NCBI GenBank assembly: GCA_001949185.1
Contig: BDGG01000003.1
Span: forward strand, 712,115-776,114
Direction of reading: 5' to 3'
Source: Ramazzottius varieornatus
Taxonomy: Eukaryota > Animalia > Tardigrada
DNA length: 64,000 nucleotides
Shown here: positions 24,050 to 37,855 of the stretch, one piece after another
Layout: the number at the start of each line of letters is the position of its first letter
How positions within the stretch are numbered: the first letter of the stretch is position 1
The notes under the pieces: generated by a model
What the model was told of the DNA's origin: nothing
Database searches by the model: none
Seen by the model: only the letters and a program-made list of their open reading frames with translations
Position numbers and translations under genes: made by a program

Positions 24050-24475
24050 AGGGCTTACAAAGATAGATTACACCGCTGGTGGAATTACAACGCTGGTGTA
24101 ATTGGCTCCACCCACACCCTTACGATTGGTTTATTTATTCCACCAGACATGACACTTTCGGTGTAATTGCGAGTCGCTCTGGAACGACTCGTATTACACC
24201 AGACTTAACCAACATCCCGTGTGCGCTGTGCTCCCCTCCAAACTTTCAAATGTCACTTCCATGATGAAGTTTCTCGCTACTCGTCCTACTGGTGAGTGTA
24301 TGGTGGTTCCTCCGACACCAAAGATCTCATAATCCTCCGACCTTACATGCAGTGCGGGGCTTTCAAAGCGAGCCGTTACACCGCTTTCCTAACTGGTCAA
24401 AAGTTTTTGGGGGAGTTTCCACCAAAGTAGCTGGTGTAATTACACCACAAAGCCAGCTTGGTCTTTGTAAGCCCT
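24050..24475. mobile_element. MITE
   Basis: TIRs AGGGCTTACAAAGA and TCTTTGTAAGCCCT with TA flanks. Internal GGTGTAAT/ATTACACC repeats. Confidence 0.75.
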
Positions 24476-24724
24476 TATTACCATTGCCGCGACACTTAGG
24501 TATTAAAACAACACCAAATTTTACAGCCCATTATATTGTTCACACTTGAAAGTCGGTACATGAGGAATATTTATCGACACATTTCGATGCAACAATATCA
24601 CGCCTAGAGCAATATGATCTTGAATTACACGCTGATAAGATGTAATTTTTCTGACGCACAATCATACAATCAAGAAAGCCGTAAAAGTGAAGGATCTTGT
24701 AACTTTCTTGCCCTGAAATTCCGA

Positions 24725-27714
24725 CTAAACTTGGCCAGAAACCGGCACGTCGTCGTACGGAATTCCCTCCGCCTTCGACCAGTCCTTCTGTTCCTTCTCG
24801 TCATACTGGTCATCATCTTCTTCCACGACGTCATCTTCGTCGAAGTCATGCAAGTTACAGTACTGGTTCATGGCCAAGTATTCCTTGTTTTCCTCGTTGA
24901 ACTCGTTGTACGGTTGGTCCAGTTGTAAGTAGTGGTAGAGCGTGGTGGGCGAGAGGAGGTCTTCCAGGGCGGACTTGAGCTGGCGGAACCGCTTGCGTCG
25001 TCTCGGCAGGGCTTCCCAGCAGGGTTTCACCACTTTCGTGTAAACGTTCTTGGGCATGAAGGAATGTTCGCGGTCCGGTACAGCGCCTAAGGCAAAAATC
25101 TCATAGAGAAGCACACCGAAAGCCCAGACGTCGCTGCGTTCGGAAAACTTCTGGTCGTGAAGGACTTCCGGTGCAAGTGTCCACTCTTGAAAGTCTTCAG
25201 GTGCTTGTTGCACCTTCAACACAAACTCGCCACGGCTGCTGATCAACGAAGTGCTGGAATTGCCGTCACTTCCTTTGCCTTCAGTTTGGTGTAGTCTCAG
25301 CCCGATGTCCGAAATTTTCAAGATGTTGTTGACCCCCACGTAGATACCCTGGCCTTTCAGGGACCCATGTACGATCCGTCGGGAAGCCAGATAGGCCATA
25401 CCGCGAACCACTTGGTAAGCGAAGTCCATCAGGTTATGAGTGTTCAGGCTCTGCGGCCGATCGTCCGAGAACAAGTGATGGATGGAGGCGTAACGCGCTC
25501 GGGCTCTTGACCGCTGAAGCGGGCAGTTGGCCGGAGAGGGAACGTAGTTACCGAAGGCGTCTAGGATGCTTTCGTATTGGGAGTCTTCGAGGTTGGTCTT
25601 GTTGCGGTATCGGCTGAGAAAGTTACTCAACGTTCCGTTGGGACAGTGCTCCAGAATTAATATCGGTCGAGCTGAAATATACGAAGCAACTCGGTGAAGT
25701 GACGGTAGTCTCATGGAATGCGCCAACGCGTCTAGAAATAAGTGGACTTTTTCCAAGGAATTTTCTTACATAGGACGACAACTCCAAGCAGGTTATCGAT
25801 GTTTAAGTGTCGTCCAACGGAGAGAAGAATGTTCAGTTGTTCAATCAGGCAAGCTTTCGCTTCCTTGTTGTCTTTGTCGGTCAGGGTCTTGACCACCACA
25901 TTCGTTGAACCAGTGGCGTCGGTCCATCCCTTGATCGTTGCTTCTCGTATACAGATGCCATCCTCTTCGTTCAACGGTGGTTTCTTCGCTGCAACCCAAC
26001 CACCGCTCTGGTAAGTGGGAGCCGTACGTAATGGCTCTTACCGAAAGTACAGTCATGGTCATATTAGTATTCTCATCATCCGCCCTGGTGTTTATCTGCA
26101 CGCTCGTATTTCTCAGAACCGCACTCCGCTTCCAGTGATTCGAACAACGACATGTAGAAGATACTTTATACATTCAAAACACGTGACTGCTTTCATTAGA
26201 AGCTTCAGTCAATTAAACGGCAAGAGTGGGTGGTTCGGACAAAGCAATATGTTTTTGACCGACGCTCGCCCGGCACGTGACAATATCATGGTAGAACCTG
26301 GATGGCTATGATGCCAGAGCAGTTATAGCAAAAGATCCGTCCAAATTTTTCAGATGGCTTCTTCGCGCCAGTTTACGACATATTTTTCGGGTAAATAACT
26401 TTCACTTCGAGTATCTTCGATGTTCTGGTCCAATTTTTGTAAAATTATAAGCGTCACCAGATAACACTAAGGTTGCTATCTAGAATGATCATAGTTTTGT
26501 GGTACGAGGTGAACGTCCTAACTTTTCCAGCGCTTACAACTTTGCTAGCTTACGTCACGAGAAATTTGGGGGCACTTTAAGCTTGTGACGTAAGCATGAC
26601 GTATGCTAGCAAAGTTGTATGCGCTGGCAAAGTTAGGACCTTTTCCTCGTACAGAACTAAAGATAGTCGAGAAGTTAAAAAGTTACTTGAATTGTCCGCA
26701 AATGTCGTGTGCAAAACTCATATGCAAATTTCGTTCGGATTTTTTGCTGCAGAGCTGTTCTAATGTAATGTTTAGAGCGATGTTGTTTTCTATTTTGGCC
26801 ATTTAAGTCTGCCATGAGCCTGTCACGTGTCGGGAGAGTGGCGGCAAAAAATAGCCCATATTTCCTGGTCCGATTCACTCAGTGTTACCGGTTGGTTGGC
26901 TAAAGCGGTCACGTGAAAGTTAGTCACGTGATCCGAATGTATAAAGTGCCTTCTACATGTTGCTGTTTAAATTATGGAAATCAGTGGACGGCTCCAGGAG
27001 ATACAAGCGTGCAAATAAATCCATGGCTGACGGTGAAATATGACCGTGACCGTATAGCCTATTGGGGCAGGTGGCGCCACGGGCCCACATACATATCTTA
27101 AGGTTTTGCAGTGGAATACGAATCGACAGAAGGTAATCCTGGACAGTGGTGCGATGCATTGTAGGTACCATCTTCAGCAACACCGCGGCATGTTTCTCTT
27201 TTCCCACTTTGAAGCCGCATGATCGGAAGAGCCAATTGAATATCTTGGGCTAAAAATAAACAAATTAGGGCTACTTCACCCGTTGGGAAAGCCTGCAGTA
27301 AGCAGATCATTGAGAATTATTAATATTTCATGATAATCACATATTACCTTCTTGACGGCAAGAACCCACAAAATCAGTCCGGTAATAACGGCCAGAGCAA
27401 GGCAAACGCTAATTGCCGTATTGGCCGCGATGGTCCTGGAAGAGTAGTCGTCGGTCAGTCGGATAGCTTTGGTGGCAAATTCAATGCTTGCCCTTGTTAC
27501 ATCTGCAGAGAAAGTTACATTTTGCTACGCAGTCCAGTTCTTACATCAAACGATGGCACTAAAACTTTGAAATGGAATACCAGGATGACTTACTGGTCGA
27601 AACGGAGTGATTGCTGAGATCCACATAGTCTCCCTCTTCCTTGCCGTTCTCTTCCTCCTCCTGCTGTTGTTTGGCTATGTGTCTTGATAGGCCAGTCTCA
27701 TTATTGACCACCAT
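24725..27714 (-). CDS. Single-pass receptor tyrosine pseudokinase, PVR/VEGFR-like kinase with short ectodomain, ~522 aa
   Basis: Exons 27714-27594, 27502-27348, 27292-27280 (tentative micro-exon), 27206-27093, 25988-25770 and 25671-24725. TM segment AISVCLALAVITGLILWVLAV; VVVK, HLNIDNLLG, kinase insert, GMAYLAS, LAPE, SDVWAFG. The 5' end is uncertain. Confidence 0.75.
26011..27092. mobile_element. Fold-back element (~430-bp diverged inverted arms) filling the pseudokinase intron
   Basis: 26011-26430 aligns with the reverse complement of 26650-27092; for example AATGTATAAAGT..TTCTACATGT occurs on both arms. Confidence 0.8.
26512..26642. repeat. Small palindromic MITE nested in the fold-back loop
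   Basis: GTCCTAACTTTTCCAGCGCTTACAACTTTGCTAGC paired with GCTAGCAAAGTTGTATGCGCTGGCAAAGTTAGGAC. Confidence 0.8.
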
Positions 27715-28742
27715 TCTTGGACAGTATGATCAAAGCAAAAGTGTGGCGATGTAAAATGGCGATCTATCAGTCCATGGTAATACAGTGCTGTGAAGAATCG
27801 ATGTCTCGTGACCAAACTTGTCGAGAAAGAATAGACATTGCATTGACTGGTAACTTGCAGAGCCTCTGACACAAATTTATTCAGAATTCAACAGTTGAAT
27901 GCCATTCAACACAATGCCCGTACCAGTTTGGACGGGTCGCGCATGTGCCAGAAGAAGCACAATGTTTCTGCAAATGTTTAGTGTATAACGTATACCCACC
28001 TTCTGCACAAAAGTACTGAAGGCCGTATGCATGGAATGAACATTTCTGATAGTAAGGAAACTTGAGACCAGTGTGTGTAAGAGCGCACTGAACAAAATGC
28101 TGTGGTCGTGAAGAGAAACTAATTATGCATTGATCGGAGAACGCCATGCCGGAAGGTATCGGCTGTTTGTCTCTGCAAGTTGCTTTGCTGCAGTGTATGT
28201 TCCGGCATCACGAAAACCTCGCCGAAGACACCCACGAACTTACGGTTTGGAAGGCCAACTTCTTCGAGAGGAGCGCAGGTGAAGCGATGGCTATGCCGGG
28301 GTGCCTAACTATAAGTCCTTGGACTGTTCATGGCCATTCGGTCCATGGACCGATTGATCAAATGTGCGAGATAGCGGTAAGAAATTACACAAATTGCTAA
28401 CGCCAGACGGAGCAGATCGGGATGTGCCATTAAAGTTTCATCCCACACGCTGTTTCGACAAGTATTTCAATAATAAATATCCGCAAGGGTGGATTCCTAT
28501 ATCACTTAATCCACCATAGTTCCCGCGAAGACAGAGCACTTGAGATACGGTAAATCTAGAGGTATTGCTGGAGAGCTTTACAAGTCCATCCATATAGGAC
28601 TGTGGCGCTCCAGGGCGAAGTACCCAGCAAGAGAAAGAGAGAAAGGATGGGACACATTCATTAAGGCAACATATGGGACCGAAATAAGGCAACCAGCGAA
28701 CATTATTGATTAATCTTCCCGTCGTCTTTCTACATCATCACG

Positions 28743-30147
28743 TCAAATCGACTCTTGAATGCGGCTGACTTTCCAGCGGCAGATAGTGACGAGTCTGATC
28801 AAGGCGAGGATCGTCATGACGGACAGTCCGATGTGCAGAGCGATGATGCCCGGACTTTCCTTGATGACCATCCAGGTCGCCCCAATGGTTCCACCCGTAG
28901 CCAAGGCGAAGAAGAAGACCACACAAGAGAATACTAAGAGTTGACGACGACGGAAATCCGGTCCGACGCACGAGACTTTGCTGCAGTGCGGACATTTGGC
29001 CAACGAGTTGTGGATAAGGTTAAAGAGGAACTCTTGATCACAGTGCGCGCAAGAAACACGAACCGTCCCCGGGGAGGCATTCCGTGTTTGATTGCGCCGA
29101 AAATCACCGCAATTAATCGTAATTACCCGCTTGCTACAAGAGACAAGTTACAATTACACTAATACTCCGTTACTCCTGGGAGCTCAATGTAACGCCCTGG
29201 TTGGTATCTTCCCCAGTCAAGTCGCGCGTTTGATGTGTAGCGCATTTCGGAGTGCGCTAGATAGAAATAATACCAACAAAAGAAAAATCTAGCAACACCG
29301 TGTTCACTCTTGTGATCTGGGTTCTCTTTGATGTCAAAGTTTTGTATTCAGATTACGTCCACGCAGGAAGAACCAATGTTTCGGACACTGTCTTCCTGTT
29401 TCCTGTGCGCCGCTTGACGAAGGCGTCTGCGCGTCTCTTCTTGATCGATTTTCAAGGTGCTACAAACGAGCTTACCAGTTGGGTCGAGGACAGGCAATCT
29501 TTTGACACGATTCCTGACAAATCAGCAAACATTGACAAGGACATCGCACGTACTTTTCTCCCACAGGTGCATTCCGGATGGGCTGCGAAAGCAAACAACA
29601 GTATAATTGATCCACCAGCTTTTAGCTTGATATAGCACAGTGTTACTTTTGCCGTGTTCCAAACAAGTCCCAAAAAAATTTCAAGGCGTGCAGCGTTTCC
29701 TACGAATTTTAGCTATAGTAGACCAGTTGGCCGGCGCGATGTTCTCCACTTCACGCTTCATTAGCACGCTGACGTTAACAGATAATGCGCTGATGGAGAC
29801 AGGCACCCGCGTAATAATCTGATTAATAAGCTGCGGGATCTTCGTGGGGTGGATGAGGAAAGATTAGATCCCGGTTTAGCTCCCTCACGCTTGTCGATCC
29901 GATTAAGACTAATAGGACTTACCGTGGCTTCGTTGCACTTTGGGCACTTGACGACGAAGCCTTCTTCATCGGCCAGGATGATTTCATTCTGGCAGACGCG
30001 ACAAGTGACGGCCAAGACGGTGTCGTCCTCGTGGAGCTCTTCCTCGAGTAGCGCCGCCAAGTTGAAGCCATTGGGAAGAAGATGGCCATTAGCGTCAGGC
30101 TTGATGCTACTTGCGCGGCGAGTGATTTGTACAGGCTGTTCATCCAT
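28743..30147 (-). CDS. PIP4P1: PIP4P/TMEM55 family lysosomal membrane protein, ~240 aa, 3 coding exons
   Basis: Exons 30147-29923, 29582-29476 and 29133-28743. [56 protein letters not shown], and two C-terminal TM helices. Confidence 0.92.
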
Positions 30148-31715
30148 TCAGTCGGTGTAGAAACAAAGCACGACCATTTGTCTGGAACCGGCAATTGATT
30201 ACCGCTCACGTTTACGATCAGGGCGATCCGCATAATATTGTCAGGCATCCCATTAGACGTATGAATATTGCAAGAGGGTGAAGAGATTACGGAGGGTTTC
30301 TAGAAAGTAAAGCGTTCGGAGGAGGATAACGGGAATGTGATGAATGAGGAGATGCCAAGCTGCTTCCGAATGTGCATCAGATACAATAACGGCGCACTTC
30401 GTTCCAGCACTTATTTCCTCGCCGTGACAGGCACAAGAATTGGTGTCTGGGAGCCGCCTCGCGTGATAGATATGCGCAGGACTGGCAGCAACGTTAACCC
30501 TTGGAACTCCGAACAATCCATATTATCGGGAGGATAGAAAAACTGTGCGCGCGAACGAAGCCTCGACCGGCACTATCGGCTTTTTCGATTATGGATGAAT
30601 AATGGGCGCTATCTGTACGGAGGAAACTTTCCTCTGTAGCCAACCGTATTGCGCACGTACATCTGTGCCGAAGAAGCGTCTACGTATGGTACAATGTGCA
30701 GTCAACCGGAGTTCCTGCAGGGAGAAGAATCCAGACTGGCTTGACGTGCCACCATTCATTCAGGGTGCGCGTGTGCCAGCGCTGGAAAGCCCCACCGGAA
30801 ATCTACGAAAAAAATACAGGAAAATAATTAGACTTGTATAGCGCTCCATTGACATTACCTTCCTTCAACTCGACGACTGAGTACCTTTGTGTAGTTTGGA
30901 CGGGTGGAGTGCTCGATACGACGTGCGATGCAAACACTGTCGGGTTTAAATAAAAATCTGCTGTATGAGGGTAATTCCCTCGCAGGATAACGCGCTGGGT
31001 CCCGGTATGACAGAGACCGGAGCGAGCCGATCCATAATGTTGCACAATCGATAAAATCCTTGTTTCGTTCATTTTTCAATGGGCTGTTAACTTACCGTCA
31101 GTGTACACTTTCTCCCCTCCGGGACCCGGCTTTGAAAATGATAATCTGAACGCATGTCCGAGTTAACGTTGGGTCTCCGAACCAAACGGCGCGCACAATG
31201 CGAAGATGTCAGCGGCTATCGTCGAAACAGCTCGGGAAGTTGCGTACCTGCTGCTTGGCGCGGTTTTTCATGAATACTTTGAACGAAGTAAGTCAAACAT
31301 CGGGTAACGTAATTTACATAATTATTGACACGAACAAAATTATTGCCAGCGGAGCGAAAGCGGCAGTGTTTCGATTGATTTTTTTGATTGGTCAGCTGCA
31401 ACTGGCCCGTACTGTATTCCCTCGATAGTTCTGCAAACAAGTCATCATGCCAGTAAAGTACACCCGCACTGGTTTCCCTGATTGTTTGATTGTCGCCCAT
31501 CATTACACTTGGCTGGGAAGCAGTCTTTGATTGAAGGTATGGATACTTTCTGTTCCCCCGCCGGATGATATTTACCACGACAGTCACGTGATTCGCAGAA
31601 CTTTCGAGGGAATACAGTACCTCTTGCAGGCCGCTGCCAACAATTTTATCTATGCCAATGATGAATCAAGCTTTATTCAAGTTTGCACAGCCCAACAGCC
31701 TTGGGTTGTTACATG

Positions 31716-32693
31716 TAATGATGAGCATTACAAGCTGACGGCTCGTGTAATGTAAAATGTAATGTAAAACAGTGTAATTACAAAAAGTGTAATTACATTT
31801 TACACTTGTTTACATTTTACAACCCCGAAAGAACGGAACCTGTAAACCAAGTGTAAACTATCAAATGACCCCTCCAAGTTAGCTAAATCAAAGCCGCTAC
31901 AGATGTGGAAAGAAACGTAATCTCTCGTATACAGTAAACCTATTAACACTATCTTCAATCTTCACTGGTTCAAACAACTACTTGACAACAAATAAATCTG
32001 CTAAGGTGAAAAACTTTCCGGTCAGAGACACGTCATCTTCGAGCTCCTCACTGCTTGGCATGTCATTGTCGTCTTGACCGAACAAATCATCAAGGATTGC
32101 CATTTGACTTTCCAGCTCCATTAGATCGGTTTCACCGCCACCTGGAAAAGTAATATTCTAAAGTACCGATGTCAAAATAGTAATGTCGAAGTAAATTGAA
32201 TAGAATCCCTATGTCGACCACATAGAAGTCCAGTTACGTTTTGTGTCTTGCTGTTCATCGGTCTCCTCGTCGCTCTCCTCGCTTTCAGACATCGTGTATG
32301 CAAACAGAGGTTCGTAGTCAAGCTCAAAGTACGCTAGTGTCAGATTAGATTGAACGGAGTAAGAATGATAAGGCCGAAAGCAGCTGCGTATATTTCGTAC
32401 TGCGGCAGTGTAAACCAGACTGTGTCATCATGTCCACTGATGTAAAGCTTCTCTCAGATCGACAATCACTCAATCAATGGTTTCCCTCAACCCGTGTTCA
32501 ATTAACACGGCTTTTAATCAGTTAATGGCGATTTGAACGGATATTTCGGTTTTATACTCGCGTGTAATTCCAAGTGTAATTACACTTTTACAGTTGTATT
32601 TTACACTACAACTTTCCGAAGATTGTAATGTAATGTAAAAGTGTAAATGTAATGTAAAATGTAATGTAATGTAAAGTGTAATGCTCATCATTA
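31716..32693. mobile_element. Non-autonomous hAT element
   Basis: TIRs TAATGATGAGCATTACA and TGTAATGCTCATCATTA. Perfect 8-bp TSD GTTACATG at 31708-31715 and 32694-32701. Subterminal TGTAA arrays. Confidence 0.92.
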
Positions 32694-34292
32694 GTTACAT
32701 GAACACTGTAAGCAAGGATCAATTAATCAAGCATTCGAAAGCAAAACATTTAGGTTCGAAACTAAATTTCATAGAAAGCAGCTCAACGAGAAAGATATTT
32801 CAACCAGGCTTGAACGGAGAATCCACAACACATCGAAGGTAACAACATCAGACTCCCAAGATCACAACTACGAACAGGTACACCAAATCAGGAAAAATTT
32901 CCCTTCTGAGGGGGTGAACTCGGAATCCATCGTGAGAAGGTGTCCGGACATGGCTGGATTTAACATGCTAGGCAGTAAGTAGCTACCTCTCTGCAGTAGG
33001 TATCCCGGCTTCCGTAAGGACCCGATCCCTTGAGAAATCTTTCCATGATGGCAACCAATCAATCGAAGGACACCGCAGTCTAAATATCGCAGGAACACAG
33101 GCAACTCGGCAGCACAGAATTGAACAACTACAGCAACGCTTCAGATTTCCGTACTCCACAATTACAAATCACATCACATAAAACAATTCCATATGAGGGG
33201 GTAATCTGAGACTCCATCATGAGACGGTACCCGGTCGAGGCTCAATTTAGCATGCTAGGCAGTTAGTGTCCCTACTGCTGCATGCAACAATCAAGCGACC
33301 GAAGACCGCTGGTCATTCCGATGCATCCGTCCGACGCTGTGCCCGTTCCACCGCATCCCAGCTGACGAGCCCGATCTTTCCATCCTCCAACAGTCCGCAA
33401 CTCTAGACGTTCCGTAATTACGTAATTTCGGCCAACGGCCACATCAGCCCCTGGCGGAGTCAGTTCGAGCTAGCCTCCGGCACTTACAGGGAAACGGATG
33501 ACTATTCCGGCCCTCGGATAGGCCAGAATACTATCTCCTTTCAGTCTAGGATAGTCAGAAACAGTAAAAAGAGCAAAAGGCATCCATGGTGACTAAATCT
33601 TCGGAAAAAAATCTCGTGTACCACGAGCGAGAGCAGCATTTGAAAATTCTGAAATCGATTTGGTGGACGCCATTGTTCTGAAACCGTCCAATGTACGGTC
33701 TTCCAGAGGCTGACATCACGCCTGATAGTACGGCGAAAGATGCGTCATCGGTCATCCAGCCCCTGTAGGCCACTTTCCACCTACACGGTAGAGCGTGGTG
33801 AGTTGGACTTTGACCTACCCGTCGCTGGCGTACTAACCACGTGCTGCTCACAGGGCTTTCTCCCTCCTGTGCCACGTTTACCCAACGTACCCAGAACAGG
33901 CCTGCCATCCGCGGTCATCAACAATCAATCATTGGCAGGCCTATGCTAGCTCCGGGTACATCCATGCTGATTTAGGTGCAACTGACTTACTCACGAGTTA
34001 CGAATGAAACCCGACGCATCTGAACAGAACTAGCTGTACGATTGCAATACGCCAAGCAACCGAATGGGCTGATTTCATTCCATTGCAATTCTAGTCCGTT
34101 TGTTTACCATTTTTCAAATTAGAAACAATTTTCCCTCTTTAGTCTTTGCTGCTGTACTATTTCGATCACATAATACCTGTGTTTTCATCTTGAACAGATA
34201 ATCCCCTGATGTAAGTTGGTTGGTGTTCCTCGAGTTGACTGGCGGAGTGGCGGATTTATTGATCAGCTTGAAATCGTTCCATTTTTGTCTAA

Positions 34293-35182
<890 letters not shown>

Positions 35183-35736
35183 GCAGCTGTTGAAACACCA
35201 CAAAGAACCTCCATTAAAGGCGGAAGATTGTCACGGACGTCGGAAAGGTTGAAGCTTACTTTTCAGTCGATTCTCATACATACTTGTCTAATAAACTAGA
35301 GAAAATCCTTCATTTAGATGTAGACTTCTGTAGTTTGGTCGAAGAAATATGAAAGGCTGGCGTTGAGATGCTCCGTACAGAATTTTAGTTGAAACTATAA
35401 GCTGGACGCTTAAACTTTTCCCCATTTTTTCACCAACATTTGATGTCACAATCTCATCAAGCAGTGGTTGTTGTCTTCATGTGACTTGTTGAAATTCCAG
35501 CTTGCGATTTTATCCTCACATTTATTGCTTTAGGGAATAAATAGCCAGAAACATCACCCAGGCTAGCCTCGCAATAAATCTGCTGGAACTTGGTGGATTC
35601 ATCATCTTCAGCCTTGGCCGTATCCAGTACCACAATCATTCATTGTCAATCAGTTCTAGGGAAAGCACTGCTCGAGCAAAAGAGAAAGATCAATAAAATC
35701 CTCTAGACACAATGGCTTTGGCTTTCCATCATCACG

Positions 35737-36882
35737 TCAGTCTGGCCCAAGATCAAACTGCGAAAATACTGCTTTGATGGCGCGGACATATTGTGCAGGA
35801 ACCCAGTAAAGCCTACAACGAAAAGTTATACTCAGTACAAAATTAATATCAATTACTAGGAAAACCTATCTGGGGTGTTTACAGATGAAATGAATCCGAT
35901 CATTTTCCCAAGTGGCGCATTCTATTAGCCACCAGCAATGGGAACATGCGCCACTTGTGCCAACGGTCTGGTTGGTATTCGTTTGCCCCCGTCCCGTTTG
36001 ACAAAATTCTCACCAGTATAACGAAGCTTCTGTCGGGCCCATTTGCAATCCCATAACTGCAGAGAAGTGTCCGAATAATATTCCCAGATATCACAGAAGA
36101 GGCAGAAGAATCGGAAGACTTACTGTGGTATTCTTCGTGCCCAACGATGGGTTCGCTAACGACTTTCCGAATTTGACCCAACGATACTTTCTGTGTTCGT
36201 TCTTTGGTGCCAATCCACACTTGATCCGCTTCGAGCTTGAATGTCAGCCTCACAGCATGTCCTTGTTTCGTCAGCATTCCCGAGATGGGGATCGGAGGGA
36301 GAGGATCGTGCTCGTTGAGAATACCGGGCATGGCGTCGGGTGGAATACCCTGACTGAGCACTTTCTGATGCATCGTCGCTTCGGACAGCTTCTCCTTCTT
36401 GGTCGGACTGAATTCTTGAAGGTCTTTCAACGTCGAAGCATCGGGCTTCGACTGGACTGCCTTCACTTCTTGAAGCGAGGAACCGACCATCATAAACTTC
36501 GAGCCTGACTTCGCTCCAAGCTCCACCAACGTCTGCAAATTAAAAGGACTGTTAACATTGTGTCCGACACCCCTCCTCATTATCAAACCGTGCTCAGCAC
36601 CCTTACATGTCATAGAAGGCTGAGCCCAGTTCCCTAAAACAAATTCACCTTGTCATCGGGGCATGCTCCTCTGCTCCACATGAGCTTCTGCTTGTCCGCT
36701 GGTATTCCGGTGAGAAGATTAACCATTTCCTTCAGATCCCAGACGGTGCTATCGGATGAAATGACTATGTCGAGAGTTTGCTTGTTGTAGGTGACTTTGA
36801 TCTCGATCGAGGGAGCGGCTGGTACGGGAGTCGAAGCCGATGCGTCGCTTTCCTTGGTAATTTCTCCATTTCCCGTGGCCAT
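35737..36882 (-). CDS. UBFD1: Ubiquitin domain-containing protein UBFD1, ~253 aa, 4 exons
   Basis: Exons 36882-36649, 36532-36124, 36056-36014 and 35812-35737. UBL domain, MMVGS, VRLTFKLEADQVWIGTKERT, GHEEYH, YWVPAQYV. An upstream start at 37013 is possible. Confidence 0.93.
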
Positions 36883-37855
36883 CTTGTCGGTTGTGGGGTC
36901 CACGAGTACGAGAAGAACTTTAGTACGGAAGAGCGAGCCGACAGGATATTTGTGTACTTACTGCTCTTATGCTTTTCCGGCGCAGAAGCCGTGATATCCC
37001 CGTTTTCCTCCATGCCTAGCTTATGAGTCGTTTGTCCGTTCTTGCACACCTGTTAAAACCACCCAGTTGACAGTTCATGCTGGGAACCTGAAGGGTGAAG
37101 CGCACTTACCTCGAGCAGATCCTACCTCAAACGTCCGACGGAACAGCTGATCGGCATGAGGATTCTAAAAGACTTAAGAGTTTAGGGTTGAGAGTTGAGA
37201 GTTGAGAGTTGGAGTTTGTCAAACTCGTTTGAAAGCAGAAAGACGTACCACGGTACCAGAGGGAATCTGGGGGATCCGGAATCCCCCTCTGGCCTCTGCA
37301 GTCTGGACGTAAGTACGTGGGCGGAGACGCAGTACGGCGCGCCATATCTGCTAGAATACACAGGGTTTCCTCCAAGTGGCTACCACCTGGAACACTGGCA
37401 CAGAAAAAAATTCAGATTGTTGGTTTTCGTCTCTCGCCTCTTCAGACAATTCATGCAACTTCCTTACGCTTCTTTCGTTGAGACATAGCTCATTCGCATA
37501 CATTGGGTCTTAGGTTGGAAAATTTGATTAGAAAGACTTCCGGTGGGGAAGACTCTACACCACGAACAAAACCGAGTCTCTGAAATTCTATATGTAAGTA
37601 CTCATACTCAGTTTGATTTTAACGGATTCACAACTATATGGGTTTTCATCGAAAACTGGACAATCTCGCTCGAATACCATACACGATCTTGCAAATTTCG
37701 AATATGCGATATGGAAACCCAAGAAGCCATTGGAACAGGGGAATGATGGTCAAATACGAAAACTGTTAAATAATTCTGTTCTACGCGAGGAAAAGTTTAC
37801 TGTACGAAGAAGCATGCTACCGCGTGAAAGACTCCGCTGAGGAAAACAGGCGCAA

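Noticed and set aside
27881-28147. Cys-rich ORF as ectodomain of the pseudokinase
   Set aside because: I found no convincing in-frame splice path or signal peptide, so this is left unresolved.
31096-31155. Upstream ATG exon for TMEM55
   Set aside because: Splicing to the acceptor at 30181 is out of frame, and a TGA directly precedes ATG 30147. It is more likely a UTR exon or uORF.
32887-33267. Diverged ~75-bp direct repeat pair
   Set aside because: No termini, TSD or coding signal; too weak to classify.
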